From NCBI GenBank assembly GCA_041309365.1, contig JBFYZU010000103.1, forward strand, positions 1,463 through 65,462: a stretch of DNA of 64,000 nt. The letters run 5' to 3'. This DNA comes from Myxococcota bacterium (GTDB taxonomy: Bacteria > Myxococcota_A > Polyangia > DRWM01). Each line of letters begins with the position of its first letter. Position 1 is the stretch's first letter. Positions 51,497-59,982 of the stretch are shown here, in pieces. The notes under the pieces were generated by a model, which did not search any database, was not told where the DNA came from, and saw only the letters and a program-made list of their open reading frames with translations. A program made the position numbers and the translations under genes.

Positions 51497-52216
51497 ATGA
51501 AAGCCAGCCCCATGTCCGCAGCGCTTCACCTGGTCTCCCGGGCAATGGGCCGCGGATCGCCGGCATCGCTCGCACCCTGGCTCGAGGGAGAGCTCGTGAG
51601 CGCGGCCCTCGCGCAGGCAGGCGGTCCGGAACGAGAGGCCGCATCGTTCGCGCCCCTTCACCCGACGTGGGTCACGAAACCTCTTCTCGACCTGCCCGGG
51701 GCAGCGAGGGCCGGCTTGCTGATGATCCTCGGTCAGGAACTGGCCCGGTACGCGGCCCTGGCGCTGGAAGCACGAGGCCTGGAACCCCTCCAGACGGTGG
51801 GGTGCTCGCCGCCAGCGGCCGCCTCGGCAACAGGACTCGTGCGGTCCCTGTTCGCCATCCCTCAGGCGACAGCCGACGATCCGCGCGAGGATCCGGCACG
51901 CTTCCTCACACGGGATGCCGATCGCGTTCCGGTGTCCACCGTCTTCGAGCGCTGGCCAACGGTCGCAAGAGAAGTCGAGGCGGATATCCAGGCCGCGCTG
52001 CCACCCGGTCTTGCGGGGATGGACAGAGTCATGACGGCAATGGCCGCCTGTCTGAGCGACCGCGAGGACCTGGCCGGATCGGTGGCGCGAGGACTGCCCC
52101 GACACATCGGACTCACGTTCATGCGGGCACGCAACCGGTGGTGGCTCGCTCTGAAGCCTGGTGAGCCTGCAATGCTGCTCGCCGCTCTTGGAATGGAGGG
52201 ACGATGGGACGCGTGA
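51497..52216 (+). CDS. hypothetical protein (precedes and overlaps FliH/SctL-like gene)
   Basis: 239-aa Ala/Leu-rich ORF. Start is 2 nt after the upstream stop. Overlaps the next gene by 13 nt. Confidence 0.4.
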   Translation: MKASPMSAALHLVSRAMGRGSPASLAPWLEGELVSAALAQAGGPEREAASFAPLHPTWVTKPLLDLPGAARAGLLMILGQELARYAALALEARGLEPLQTVGCSPPAAASATGLVRSLFAIPQATADDPREDPARFLTRDADRVPVSTVFERWPTVAREVEADIQAALPPGLAGMDRVMTAMAACLSDREDLAGSVARGLPRHIGLTFMRARNRWWLALKPGEPAMLLAALGMEGRWDA

Positions 52217-52752
52217 TCAAGGGGCAGGGCCGCTTCGAGGCAGAGGAGCTGGCCTCGGTGGGCACGGCGCGAGAGATGCTCGCACAGGTCGAGCGGTTGA
52301 GGGAGCGTGCACGCCAGGAGGGGTTCGAGGAGGGCACGGCACGAGCGGCCGCGTTGCTCGTTCTGGCCGAGCAGATCAGGCGAGGCGCCGTCGAACGGGC
52401 CATGGAGGATGTCGTAGATCTGAGCCTGAACGTGGCCGGCGCACTGCACGAGCGCGCGGCACGCGAGGATCCTGCCATTGTGATGTCGGTTGCGAAGGAG
52501 GCCCTGGAGAGGATGGGCAATGCACGGCCGGTCATCTTGCGTGTAGCCCCCACCGAGGCCCTCGCTGCAGAGGATCTCGTCGTGCGGTGCTCGGGCTGCG
52601 TGAAGGTCGTTGCCGAAGATGGCATCGAGGCCGGCGGCTGCATCGTCGAGTCGAGCACGGGCACGGTGGACGCAAGGGTGCCCACGAGGCTCGAGGCCCT
52701 GCGCAGGGCCCTCATCCTGTCACGAGGATCGAAGAACGGCGGCGACGCTTGA
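52204..52752 (+). CDS. FliH/SctL (YscL/HrpE)-like protein
   Basis: Coiled-coil N-half and a C-terminal block AGGCIVESSTGTVDARVPTRLEAL resembling the FliH/SctL GGCxxET..G.VDAS/A signature. Confidence 0.5.
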   Translation: MGRVIKGQGRFEAEELASVGTAREMLAQVERLRERARQEGFEEGTARAAALLVLAEQIRRGAVERAMEDVVDLSLNVAGALHERAAREDPAIVMSVAKEALERMGNARPVILRVAPTEALAAEDLVVRCSGCVKVVAEDGIEAGGCIVESSTGTVDARVPTRLEALRRALILSRGSKNGGDA

Positions 52753-53768
52753 AGGACGATCCCGCACGGGACGCGCCTCGACGGCCGGGCTCCATCGCGA
52801 GGCGGCTGCTCGGCACCAACCCCTACAGCCCAGGCCGCATAGTCTTCCATCTCGCCCTCTTCGCAGTCACCGTGGCAACCACGCTCTGGGTCGGCGCAGG
52901 ATACAACCCAGAGGCATTCGTGGCCGCGCCGAACCCCGGCCTGTGGGACCTTTTGCGCGCGGGTATCCCCTACTCGGCAACACTGATGGCCATCCTTCTG
53001 TGTCACGAGATGGGCCACTTCGTGGCCGGCCGTATCCACCATGTCCGCCTCAGCCTCCCGTTCTTCATCCCCATCCCCTTTGCGCTAGGGACCATGGGGG
53101 CCATCATCGCCATGCCGCCCCTCGAGTCGCGAAAGAAGCTGCTGGACGTGGGGGCGGCAGGCCCTCTGGCCGGGCTCGTGGTGTCCACCATCACGATGAT
53201 CGTGGGGCTTTCCCTCTCGACCGTCACCGATCTGCGCGACCTGCCACAGGGAACGGTCGTATTCCAGGAAGGTCAGAGCCTCTACTACATGCTGCTCAAG
53301 TGGGTCGTCCTCGGCTCCATGCCCGAGGGTCACGACGTCATGCTCCACCCCGTGGCCTGGGCCTCCTGGATAGGCTTTCTGGTCACCATGCTCAACCTGC
53401 TTCCCGTAGGACAGCTGGACGGCGGTCACGTGGCATACGCGATTCTCGGAGAGAGGCAGAACCGTGTCTCCGGCCGCCTGCACCTGGGCCTCGTGGCGCT
53501 GGGCCTTGCAGTGAGCGCCTACCACGGTATGGGTGCCTGGCTGGCTGGCGCACCGTCGGATCAGATCTGGACGCAGGCCCAGTCCGGCCTGTCGTGGTTC
53601 GTGTGGGCCTTCGTGCTGGGCATCATCCGCAGGCTCTCGAGAGGATATCATCCCCCTGCCCCGGATCTCACACCCCTGGGAGCTGGCCGCATGAGCGTCG
53701 GGATAGCATGTCTGGTCATGTTCGTGCTGCTCTTCATGCCCGTGCCGCTGCAGGTCATGGAGATCTGA
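52749..53768 (+). CDS. M50-family site-2 protease-like membrane metalloprotease
   Basis: HExxH in TM (LLCHEMGHFVAG) and LDG motif (LNLLPVGQLDGGHV). TTG start overlapping the upstream stop (TTGA). Confidence 0.7.
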   Translation: MKDDPARDAPRRPGSIARRLLGTNPYSPGRIVFHLALFAVTVATTLWVGAGYNPEAFVAAPNPGLWDLLRAGIPYSATLMAILLCHEMGHFVAGRIHHVRLSLPFFIPIPFALGTMGAIIAMPPLESRKKLLDVGAAGPLAGLVVSTITMIVGLSLSTVTDLRDLPQGTVVFQEGQSLYYMLLKWVVLGSMPEGHDVMLHPVAWASWIGFLVTMLNLLPVGQLDGGHVAYAILGERQNRVSGRLHLGLVALGLAVSAYHGMGAWLAGAPSDQIWTQAQSGLSWFVWAFVLGIIRRLSRGYHPPAPDLTPLGAGRMSVGIACLVMFVLLFMPVPLQVMEI

Positions 53769-53863
53769 TCATCCGGTCATGTCACCCGACTGTATCCTTT
53801 CAAGATCATTGCGATCTTCCGGGTTGCGCCGGTATCCTGGTTCTGGTAGCTTTTTAGAAATTC

Positions 53864-54148
53864 ATGATGATCTTCGATAAAAGTGTTCAATTGCTAAAAT
53901 TGCTCGCGGACAACACGCGATTCAAGATCATCTGCATGCTCGCCGAGCGCCCGCACTTCGTGCACGAGATCGTGAAGAACACCGGCGTGTCGTCATCGGC
54001 GGTGAGCCAGCAACTCAGGCTGCTCAAGACCGCGGGCCTGGTCAAGGATCAACGCTTCGGCCAGAGCGTACAGTACGAGTTGACCGACGAGCACGTCTTC
54101 CAGATCCTGGACGCCGTCTTCGAGCACGTGCGCGATCAGGAACGCTAG
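53864..54148 (+). CDS. ArsR/SmtB-family transcriptional regulator
   Basis: LLKLLADNTRFKIICML...HFVHEIVKNTGVSSSAVSQQLRLLKTAGLV winged HTH. Lower-GC leader. Confidence 0.85.
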   Translation: MMIFDKSVQLLKLLADNTRFKIICMLAERPHFVHEIVKNTGVSSSAVSQQLRLLKTAGLVKDQRFGQSVQYELTDEHVFQILDAVFEHVRDQER

Positions 54149-54328
54149 ATCGTTGCCGCCTTGAGATGACCCCTTCACGCGATCTCGGCGTCAGCCTTCG
54201 GGTTTGCTCGACCTCGCGCGAGATTCCTCATTTCGTGACAGGCAACCGACCGTGCTCCCACCTCCTTTCCGGGATGGGAGCTTTCTACCTTCTTCCCTGC
54301 CTCGTTGACGGTGGAGCCGGCAGGGACG

Positions 54329-55588
54329 TCAGATGGGGATTTCCACGATCGAGAGCTGGAAGCCGGTCATGTCCGAGTAGGTGTAGGGACCCATACCGAT
54401 GGGATGACTCTCCACGTCGTAGGTGGCGGGGTTGATCTTGAGCGCCGCGTTGCCGCCCTGGGAAACGGCCCAGACGAAGCCCTGGTGGTCGATGGCCACT
54501 CCCACGATGTCCGCAGGGCCTGCGGCGAACTGGTGGATGAGGCCCACCGAGTCCTCCGAGATTCGCACCACGTCGCCGTGCGTGACCGCGGCCCACACCG
54601 AACCCTCGTTGTCCACGGCGATGCCGCGGTTGAACTGCGAGAATCCGGAGTTGTAGGTCCTGTTCTCACCCGTCGACGGATCGTGACGGTTGATGCACCC
54701 GAGGCCTGCGGTCCAGACGCGGCCCAACCTGTCGACGCTGATGCCGTAGCCGCATGGCACGTTGACGATCTCGTAGGTCATGGTGGCCATGTCCATCTTG
54801 GAGAGCCGGCAAAGGCCCACCGTGCATCCCATTGCAACGGTCCAGAAGTGGCCGCGCCCATCCATGGCTCCGCCGTAGGTTCCGATGCCGGCTGGCGCCT
54901 GGTCCAGGATCGCACCCGAGTCGCCGTCGAGCACGTAGATGGTCTGGTTGTTCATGCAGCCGATCCAGACGTTGCCTCCAAGGCCGCTGTCCGGATCCTC
55001 GTTGCCTTCCCAGGCCGTGGCCCTGCAACCCGTGCTCATCGAGGGGTTGCCCAGGACCGTGTTCCAGATCATGCACTCGTCCTCACCCCAGGGCAGGACG
55101 TCGGTTGCGCCCGTGGAAGTCTGAATGTCGCCGTCACCACTAATATCCACGCACTCGGACTTCTCGGCCGCGAACTTGGTGACGGAGGAAGGGCCGCTCG
55201 CAGGATCGCGATTGGTCACCACCATGTCTCCGTGAAGGTTGACCGAGGTCCGGGAGGGATCTCCCGAGGCTTCCTGTGGGCTCGTGTAGTACCGGCCCAT
55301 CTCGACGCCGGTGATCGTGCAGAGCTTCGAGAGGGTGCCTTCTGCCGAGTTGGCTATCCAGATATAGGACTTCTCGGGACATCCGGGCGGCGGCGTCACG
55401 TCGGAGACCGTGTCCGTCGCATCGGGTGGCGGCGTGTAGTCCCAGTCGGCGTACGTATCGTCCGCCGAGGGATCGCCAATGGTGTCCGCGATTCCGTCCC
55501 AGGGATTGTAATCGGGCCCATCGTGCGCGCCGCAGGTCCCAAGGCATGGTGCGAGCAGCACCACGCATACCATGGTCAATCGCTGCAT
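54329..55588 (-). CDS. secreted beta-propeller-like protein
   Basis: Signal peptide with LAPCLGTCG. Repeated G..W.A/G..VW motifs reminiscent of NHL/Vgb-type propeller blades. Confidence 0.4.
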   Translation of the reverse strand: MQRLTMVCVVLLAPCLGTCGAHDGPDYNPWDGIADTIGDPSADDTYADWDYTPPPDATDTVSDVTPPPGCPEKSYIWIANSAEGTLSKLCTITGVEMGRYYTSPQEASGDPSRTSVNLHGDMVVTNRDPASGPSSVTKFAAEKSECVDISGDGDIQTSTGATDVLPWGEDECMIWNTVLGNPSMSTGCRATAWEGNEDPDSGLGGNVWIGCMNNQTIYVLDGDSGAILDQAPAGIGTYGGAMDGRGHFWTVAMGCTVGLCRLSKMDMATMTYEIVNVPCGYGISVDRLGRVWTAGLGCINRHDPSTGENRTYNSGFSQFNRGIAVDNEGSVWAAVTHGDVVRISEDSVGLIHQFAAGPADIVGVAIDHQGFVWAVSQGGNAALKINPATYDVESHPIGMGPYTYSDMTGFQLSIVEIPI

Positions 55589-55673
55589 GTGTATCTCCTG
55601 TGCATGAAATGATATGCCACATGCCCGGATCCCGCAACCCCGCGCCTGACCCCGCGCCTGACAACACGCGGGA

Positions 55674-56414
55674 TCACCAACCCAGGATGAGCCTCAGGGC
55701 AAAGTTCGCATCCCCGCGCGCTTCGTTGATCCTGTCGGAGGCCGACTCGATGTCGTACTCGACACGGATGAACGTTATCCGCCTCTCGTCCGAATCCAGA
55801 AGCACCCAGCTCGACCGGTTGTCCAGATCGCGCGGCTGGCCCACGCTGCCCACGGATATGATGTAGCGCGGCCCATCCAGACTGTACACGAAGTCGCGCT
55901 CTGACATCTCGTGCACGTCGTAATCCCGGACCATGTAGACCTTGCACAGGTGGGAGTGTCCGAGGAATGTGAGCCTCGGCAACCTGTCGATGATGGAGAA
56001 CAGCTTCTGGACGTGATCGAGCTCGAAGATGTAGTCGAAGTTCTCGGGGTGCAGTGGCGACCCGTGGGTGAGAAGAACGTCCAGCTCCGGCACGCGCCTC
56101 GTGTAGGGAATGTCCCTGAGCCAGGCCATGCTGTCCGGTGCCAGGATGCGACTGTGCTGGTCGAGAACGTTGCGCGCGGAGTCGTAGTAGTAATCGTAGT
56201 TCATGCGGCCAGAAACGGCCGCGTCGTGGTTTCCGAGCACCGTGGCGTCCACCATGCGCCGCACGACCCTGCAGCACTCGTTGGGCCAGCCGCCGTAGCC
56301 CACCGTGTCGCCCAGGCAGAACACCTTGTCCACGCGTCGCTCCTCGATGGACGCCTTGACCGACAGCAGTGCGTCGAGGTTGGCGTGCACATCGCTGATG
56401 AGCGCTACTCTCAT
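55674..56414 (-). CDS. metallophosphoesterase (YfcE/MJ0936-like)
   Basis: ISDVHAN, GDTVGYGG, GNHD and GHSH motifs. Confidence 0.8.
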   Translation of the reverse strand: MRVALISDVHANLDALLSVKASIEERRVDKVFCLGDTVGYGGWPNECCRVVRRMVDATVLGNHDAAVSGRMNYDYYYDSARNVLDQHSRILAPDSMAWLRDIPYTRRVPELDVLLTHGSPLHPENFDYIFELDHVQKLFSIIDRLPRLTFLGHSHLCKVYMVRDYDVHEMSERDFVYSLDGPRYIISVGSVGQPRDLDNRSSWVLLDSDERRITFIRVEYDIESASDRINEARGDANFALRLILGW

Positions 56415-56423
56415 GTCGACTCT

Positions 56424-59078
56424 CTAGTCACGGAGCAATCTGGTGTGGACATCCCGGAAAAACAGCAGTGCCGGATCGTCGGTCTCCGCCTTGAGCAGGG
56501 CGTCGAGCTCGGACTGCACCTGGTGACGCCTGTCCCATCCGCGACGGGCGAGCGCGGCGAGAGTGAGGTCCTGCTCGGCCGCCATCTCCTTGACCTGGGC
56601 CTCGCATCCTGACTGAGCCAGGGCGCCTGTCAGAAAGGCCATCCTCTCGTCGCAACCGTGCGGGTTGCGAAGGAACTGCTCGACGGTTCTCGTGGCTGCC
56701 GAGCCGTAACGTGCGAGCACGAAGGCCATGATCTTCCACTCGGGTTCGTCGCGCTCGCACAGCGCATTGATGAGCGGTACCACGGCGGTGCGTATCCTGA
56801 GCTTGCCCAGGGCCACGGCCGAGGCGAGTCGAACCAGCGGGGCGTTCGACTTCAACCCGTCCAGAAAGAAGCTCTCGCCAGCCTCGTCGAGCTGCATGAT
56901 GTACGGGATGAGCTCGAGGATGTCGGCGGGCGCCATGCATTCCATTGCCACCGCGATCTCGGCGAGTCCCTGAGGGCCCCCACGACGCAGGATCTCCACT
57001 GCGGCCGCCGCCCTGCGGGATGGCCTGAAGAGCCAGCGGGAGAGCACGTCTCCTTGCAGGTCCGGAAGCGGTGTGGCGTCAAGGGCGGCCACCTTCTCGA
57101 CGCCCGGGACCTTCAGATCCGAGACGCCCAGGAAATCGAGGGCCATCTCCGCCACCTCCAGGCTCACGGGCACGCCGTGCCTGCCGACCGCGTCCAGGAG
57201 GCGGCGCCAGTTGTCCGTCATCTGCTCGTGCGAGAGATCCGTGCCTGCGCGACAGATGGCGAGGAATGCGCCCAAGGAATGCATGAGCAGGGCCGGAACG
57301 TCATCTGCCAGCCCCATGGACACGGCGTCCTCGGGCAGAGCGCCGGGCAGATCCAGGCCTGCCGAGACCGCCCGCGTGAGGATGCGCCTCTTGATTGTAG
57401 CGATGCCCTCCAGGGGGAATGAGTAGATGCGTACGAGCCGTCGGACGTTCTCCTGTGCCCCCCACTCGTCGAGATCCGACAGGGCCTCGACCAGGCCAGC
57501 GTGGCTCACGTGATCCTCGACGTACCTGGCGTGAAACGGGAATGGCTTCTTGAGCTCATCGAGAAGCCTGCCCATGATGTACGGCTCGTCCACGGCATCC
57601 TGGCTCTGCATGTCGGGATTGTCGAGGAAGATCCTCTCCACGTCCGCGGCGATGCTCTTGACGTTGCCCTCGATGCGATTGGCCGCTTTGAACGTCGCTT
57701 CACGCCCCATATCCGGCGTCACGAGCGTGACGAGCGCCGAGCAGCTCTCGCCGAGCTTGCCCACGATGCGCCGGTGCACCCTTACCTTGTAGTCCAGAAG
57801 CCAGGGGAAAAGATGCGCCTTGCCCGAAAGGGGCCTCACGGCCAAGCTCAGCACGATCCATGTGTAACCGGACCTGTCCTCGACCTGATGCACCCTGAAG
57901 CGGACTGACGTCTTCCCGACGTCACGGAACATGGAATCGTCCCCGGAGACCGCGAACAGCTCGACGCGATCTCCGTCGAGACGCACGAACCGTCTGTCCC
58001 TGCCCGAGAGCGCCTCGCGCGCCTCTGCATCGAGTCCCCTCGGCGAGGGTCCCGTCTTTCGAGGCACCGCGGCCGGGCTGGCGGCCCTGGCCCTCGTCGG
58101 ACGTGCGGTCGCCAGTGCAGGCTTCGGTGCCGTTACGGGTGCCCTGTCCTCGACCTCAGCCTCCTCGTCGAGGAGGTCCGTCTCCTCGATGACGTCGTCA
58201 TCGGAAACGGCGTATTCCGCTGGACGGCCTGCGGTCCGCGAGGCAGGGGCCTTCGGCAGCGCCTGCTCGATGCTCCTCTCGAGCGTCGATGCAGGCGACG
58301 AGATCTCCTCGAAAATGGCTGCAGGCCTGGCCTGGGTCACGACTTCCGCAGGAAACCTGCCGGGTAGAGGGCCGTCAGGCTCACGGACGGTGAAGGTGCG
58401 GTCGCGCGTCTCGATCTGCCGGGCGAACTCCTCCACCTCGATCCGCCGCCGCTCGATCTCCTGGGACTGGCGCGAGAGCGCGACCCTGAACTCCTCGACC
58501 TCCTGCATCTTGCGGTCGACCTCGACGAGCCTGGCCTCGATGTCTGCCGTTCGGGCGGCGATCTTTTGCTCTCTCGAGCGCACGTCCCGGGCCTCGGCCT
58601 CGAGTGCCTCCTTGAGTCGGGCGAGATCCATGTTGACAGCGGCGTGACCTGGAGCCGACAGTGCGGGACGCAGGTTCGCGTGACCATGGACGACCCCGAA
58701 ATCGACGACGTGCTCGGGCAGGCCTCCCGCGGCTGCCGACAACGACTCGAGAAGCCCGACCAGGGGATCTGTCTCCTCGTGCCTCTCGCAATCAGGAATA
58801 TAAAGGACGAGCCTCTTCGAGGCGGGATCGTGAAGGACGCATCGGGCATCGACCACGGCCCTGACACCGCAACCCGGGCAGATGCCCTGGTTGAGATTGC
58901 CATCGAGCAAGCGTTGCAACAGATCCGCACGCTCGGAAACGTCTATGGATGTGTGCAGGTCCATGGGGTAGCGATCGCCGCAGGGGCATGCATAGAGGGT
59001 CACCCGTGTGCTCGACCTCGTGTCCTTCGTCGATCTTGCAGTCATCGGCCACTCTCCCCGGGGCAAAAAGACTAGCAC
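56424..59078 (-). CDS. CpXC-domain zinc-ribbon / coiled-coil / HEAT-like repeat protein
   Basis: N-terminus YACPCGDRY ... GICPGCG (two CxxC pairs). Long charged coiled-coil (EARDVRSREQKIAARTADIEARLVEVDRKMQE...). Acidic/Pro-rich linker. C-terminal alpha-solenoid. Confidence 0.45.
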   Translation of the reverse strand: MLVFLPRGEWPMTARSTKDTRSSTRVTLYACPCGDRYPMDLHTSIDVSERADLLQRLLDGNLNQGICPGCGVRAVVDARCVLHDPASKRLVLYIPDCERHEETDPLVGLLESLSAAAGGLPEHVVDFGVVHGHANLRPALSAPGHAAVNMDLARLKEALEAEARDVRSREQKIAARTADIEARLVEVDRKMQEVEEFRVALSRQSQEIERRRIEVEEFARQIETRDRTFTVREPDGPLPGRFPAEVVTQARPAAIFEEISSPASTLERSIEQALPKAPASRTAGRPAEYAVSDDDVIEETDLLDEEAEVEDRAPVTAPKPALATARPTRARAASPAAVPRKTGPSPRGLDAEAREALSGRDRRFVRLDGDRVELFAVSGDDSMFRDVGKTSVRFRVHQVEDRSGYTWIVLSLAVRPLSGKAHLFPWLLDYKVRVHRRIVGKLGESCSALVTLVTPDMGREATFKAANRIEGNVKSIAADVERIFLDNPDMQSQDAVDEPYIMGRLLDELKKPFPFHARYVEDHVSHAGLVEALSDLDEWGAQENVRRLVRIYSFPLEGIATIKRRILTRAVSAGLDLPGALPEDAVSMGLADDVPALLMHSLGAFLAICRAGTDLSHEQMTDNWRRLLDAVGRHGVPVSLEVAEMALDFLGVSDLKVPGVEKVAALDATPLPDLQGDVLSRWLFRPSRRAAAAVEILRRGGPQGLAEIAVAMECMAPADILELIPYIMQLDEAGESFFLDGLKSNAPLVRLASAVALGKLRIRTAVVPLINALCERDEPEWKIMAFVLARYGSAATRTVEQFLRNPHGCDERMAFLTGALAQSGCEAQVKEMAAEQDLTLAALARRGWDRRHQVQSELDALLKAETDDPALLFFRDVHTRLLRD

Positions 59079-59173
59079 AGTGATGCCCCCGGCGTCGACG
59101 GATGATCCCTCGCTGGCCGGGACGCTCGCACTTCCCCCTGCACTCCTCCTTGGCGGCGGAGACGGTCACAAGG

Positions 59174-59917
59174 TCAGTCGCGCCTCGAGCCCCCGAAAAG
59201 ACCCAGCCTCATCAAGTAGTAAAGGAGGGTGAGAAGCCCGGTCACTGCCGCTGCCACGTAGGTCAGTGCGGCCGCGTCGAGGACGGCCTTCACGCCCGGC
59301 ACCTCATCGGGACGGATGAGTCCAGAGGCGAGCAGTCCTTCCCGAGCACGGCGTGATGCGTTCAGCTCCACTGGCAGCGTGACGAGCTGGAACGCGACGA
59401 CCGCGGCAAATCCCATCACGCCCGCCCACAAGAGGAAGGGGGTCCACTGAAGGTAGGCCGGGTTTTTCGTGAAAGCACCGAGCATGATACCTGCACCGAT
59501 GAGCACCCAGGAGAGCTTCGAGCCGAGGCTCGCCACGGGCACGGCCATCGAGCGCAGCATCAGCGGGCCGTATCCGTCGCGATCCTGCAGGGCATGTCCA
59601 GCCTCGTGGGCGGCAACGGCCACCGATGCGATGCTCCGTCCCTGGAACACCTGCGCGCTGAGCCTGAGCACCTTTGAACGAGGATCGTAGTGGTCCGAGA
59701 GCCCGCCTCCGGCAGACTGCTCTATCCGCACCCCTGCCGCTCCGTACGACATCAGCAGTTTCCCGGCCGCCTGCGCGCCGCTCATCCCGCTTCCCACCGG
59801 AACCCTGGACCAGCGGGCAAACGTGGAGCGGACCTTGAAGCTGGCCCAGATGCCCAGGATCAGGCCAGGGGCCACGATGACGAGGTACATCGGATCGAAG
59901 AATGCGAACAGCTGCAC
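59174..59917 (-). CDS. membrane zinc metallopeptidase (PF04298-type)
   Basis: HEAGHALQ motif between TM segments. Confidence 0.7.
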   Translation of the reverse strand: MQLFAFFDPMYLVIVAPGLILGIWASFKVRSTFARWSRVPVGSGMSGAQAAGKLLMSYGAAGVRIEQSAGGGLSDHYDPRSKVLRLSAQVFQGRSIASVAVAAHEAGHALQDRDGYGPLMLRSMAVPVASLGSKLSWVLIGAGIMLGAFTKNPAYLQWTPFLLWAGVMGFAAVVAFQLVTLPVELNASRRAREGLLASGLIRPDEVPGVKAVLDAAALTYVAAAVTGLLTLLYYLMRLGLFGGSRRD

Positions 59918-59982
59918 ATTTCACCTCTGCGGCAATACAGACTGACGATAAATCCGAGGCTGCAAGAGTCAACGGCCAGCCA

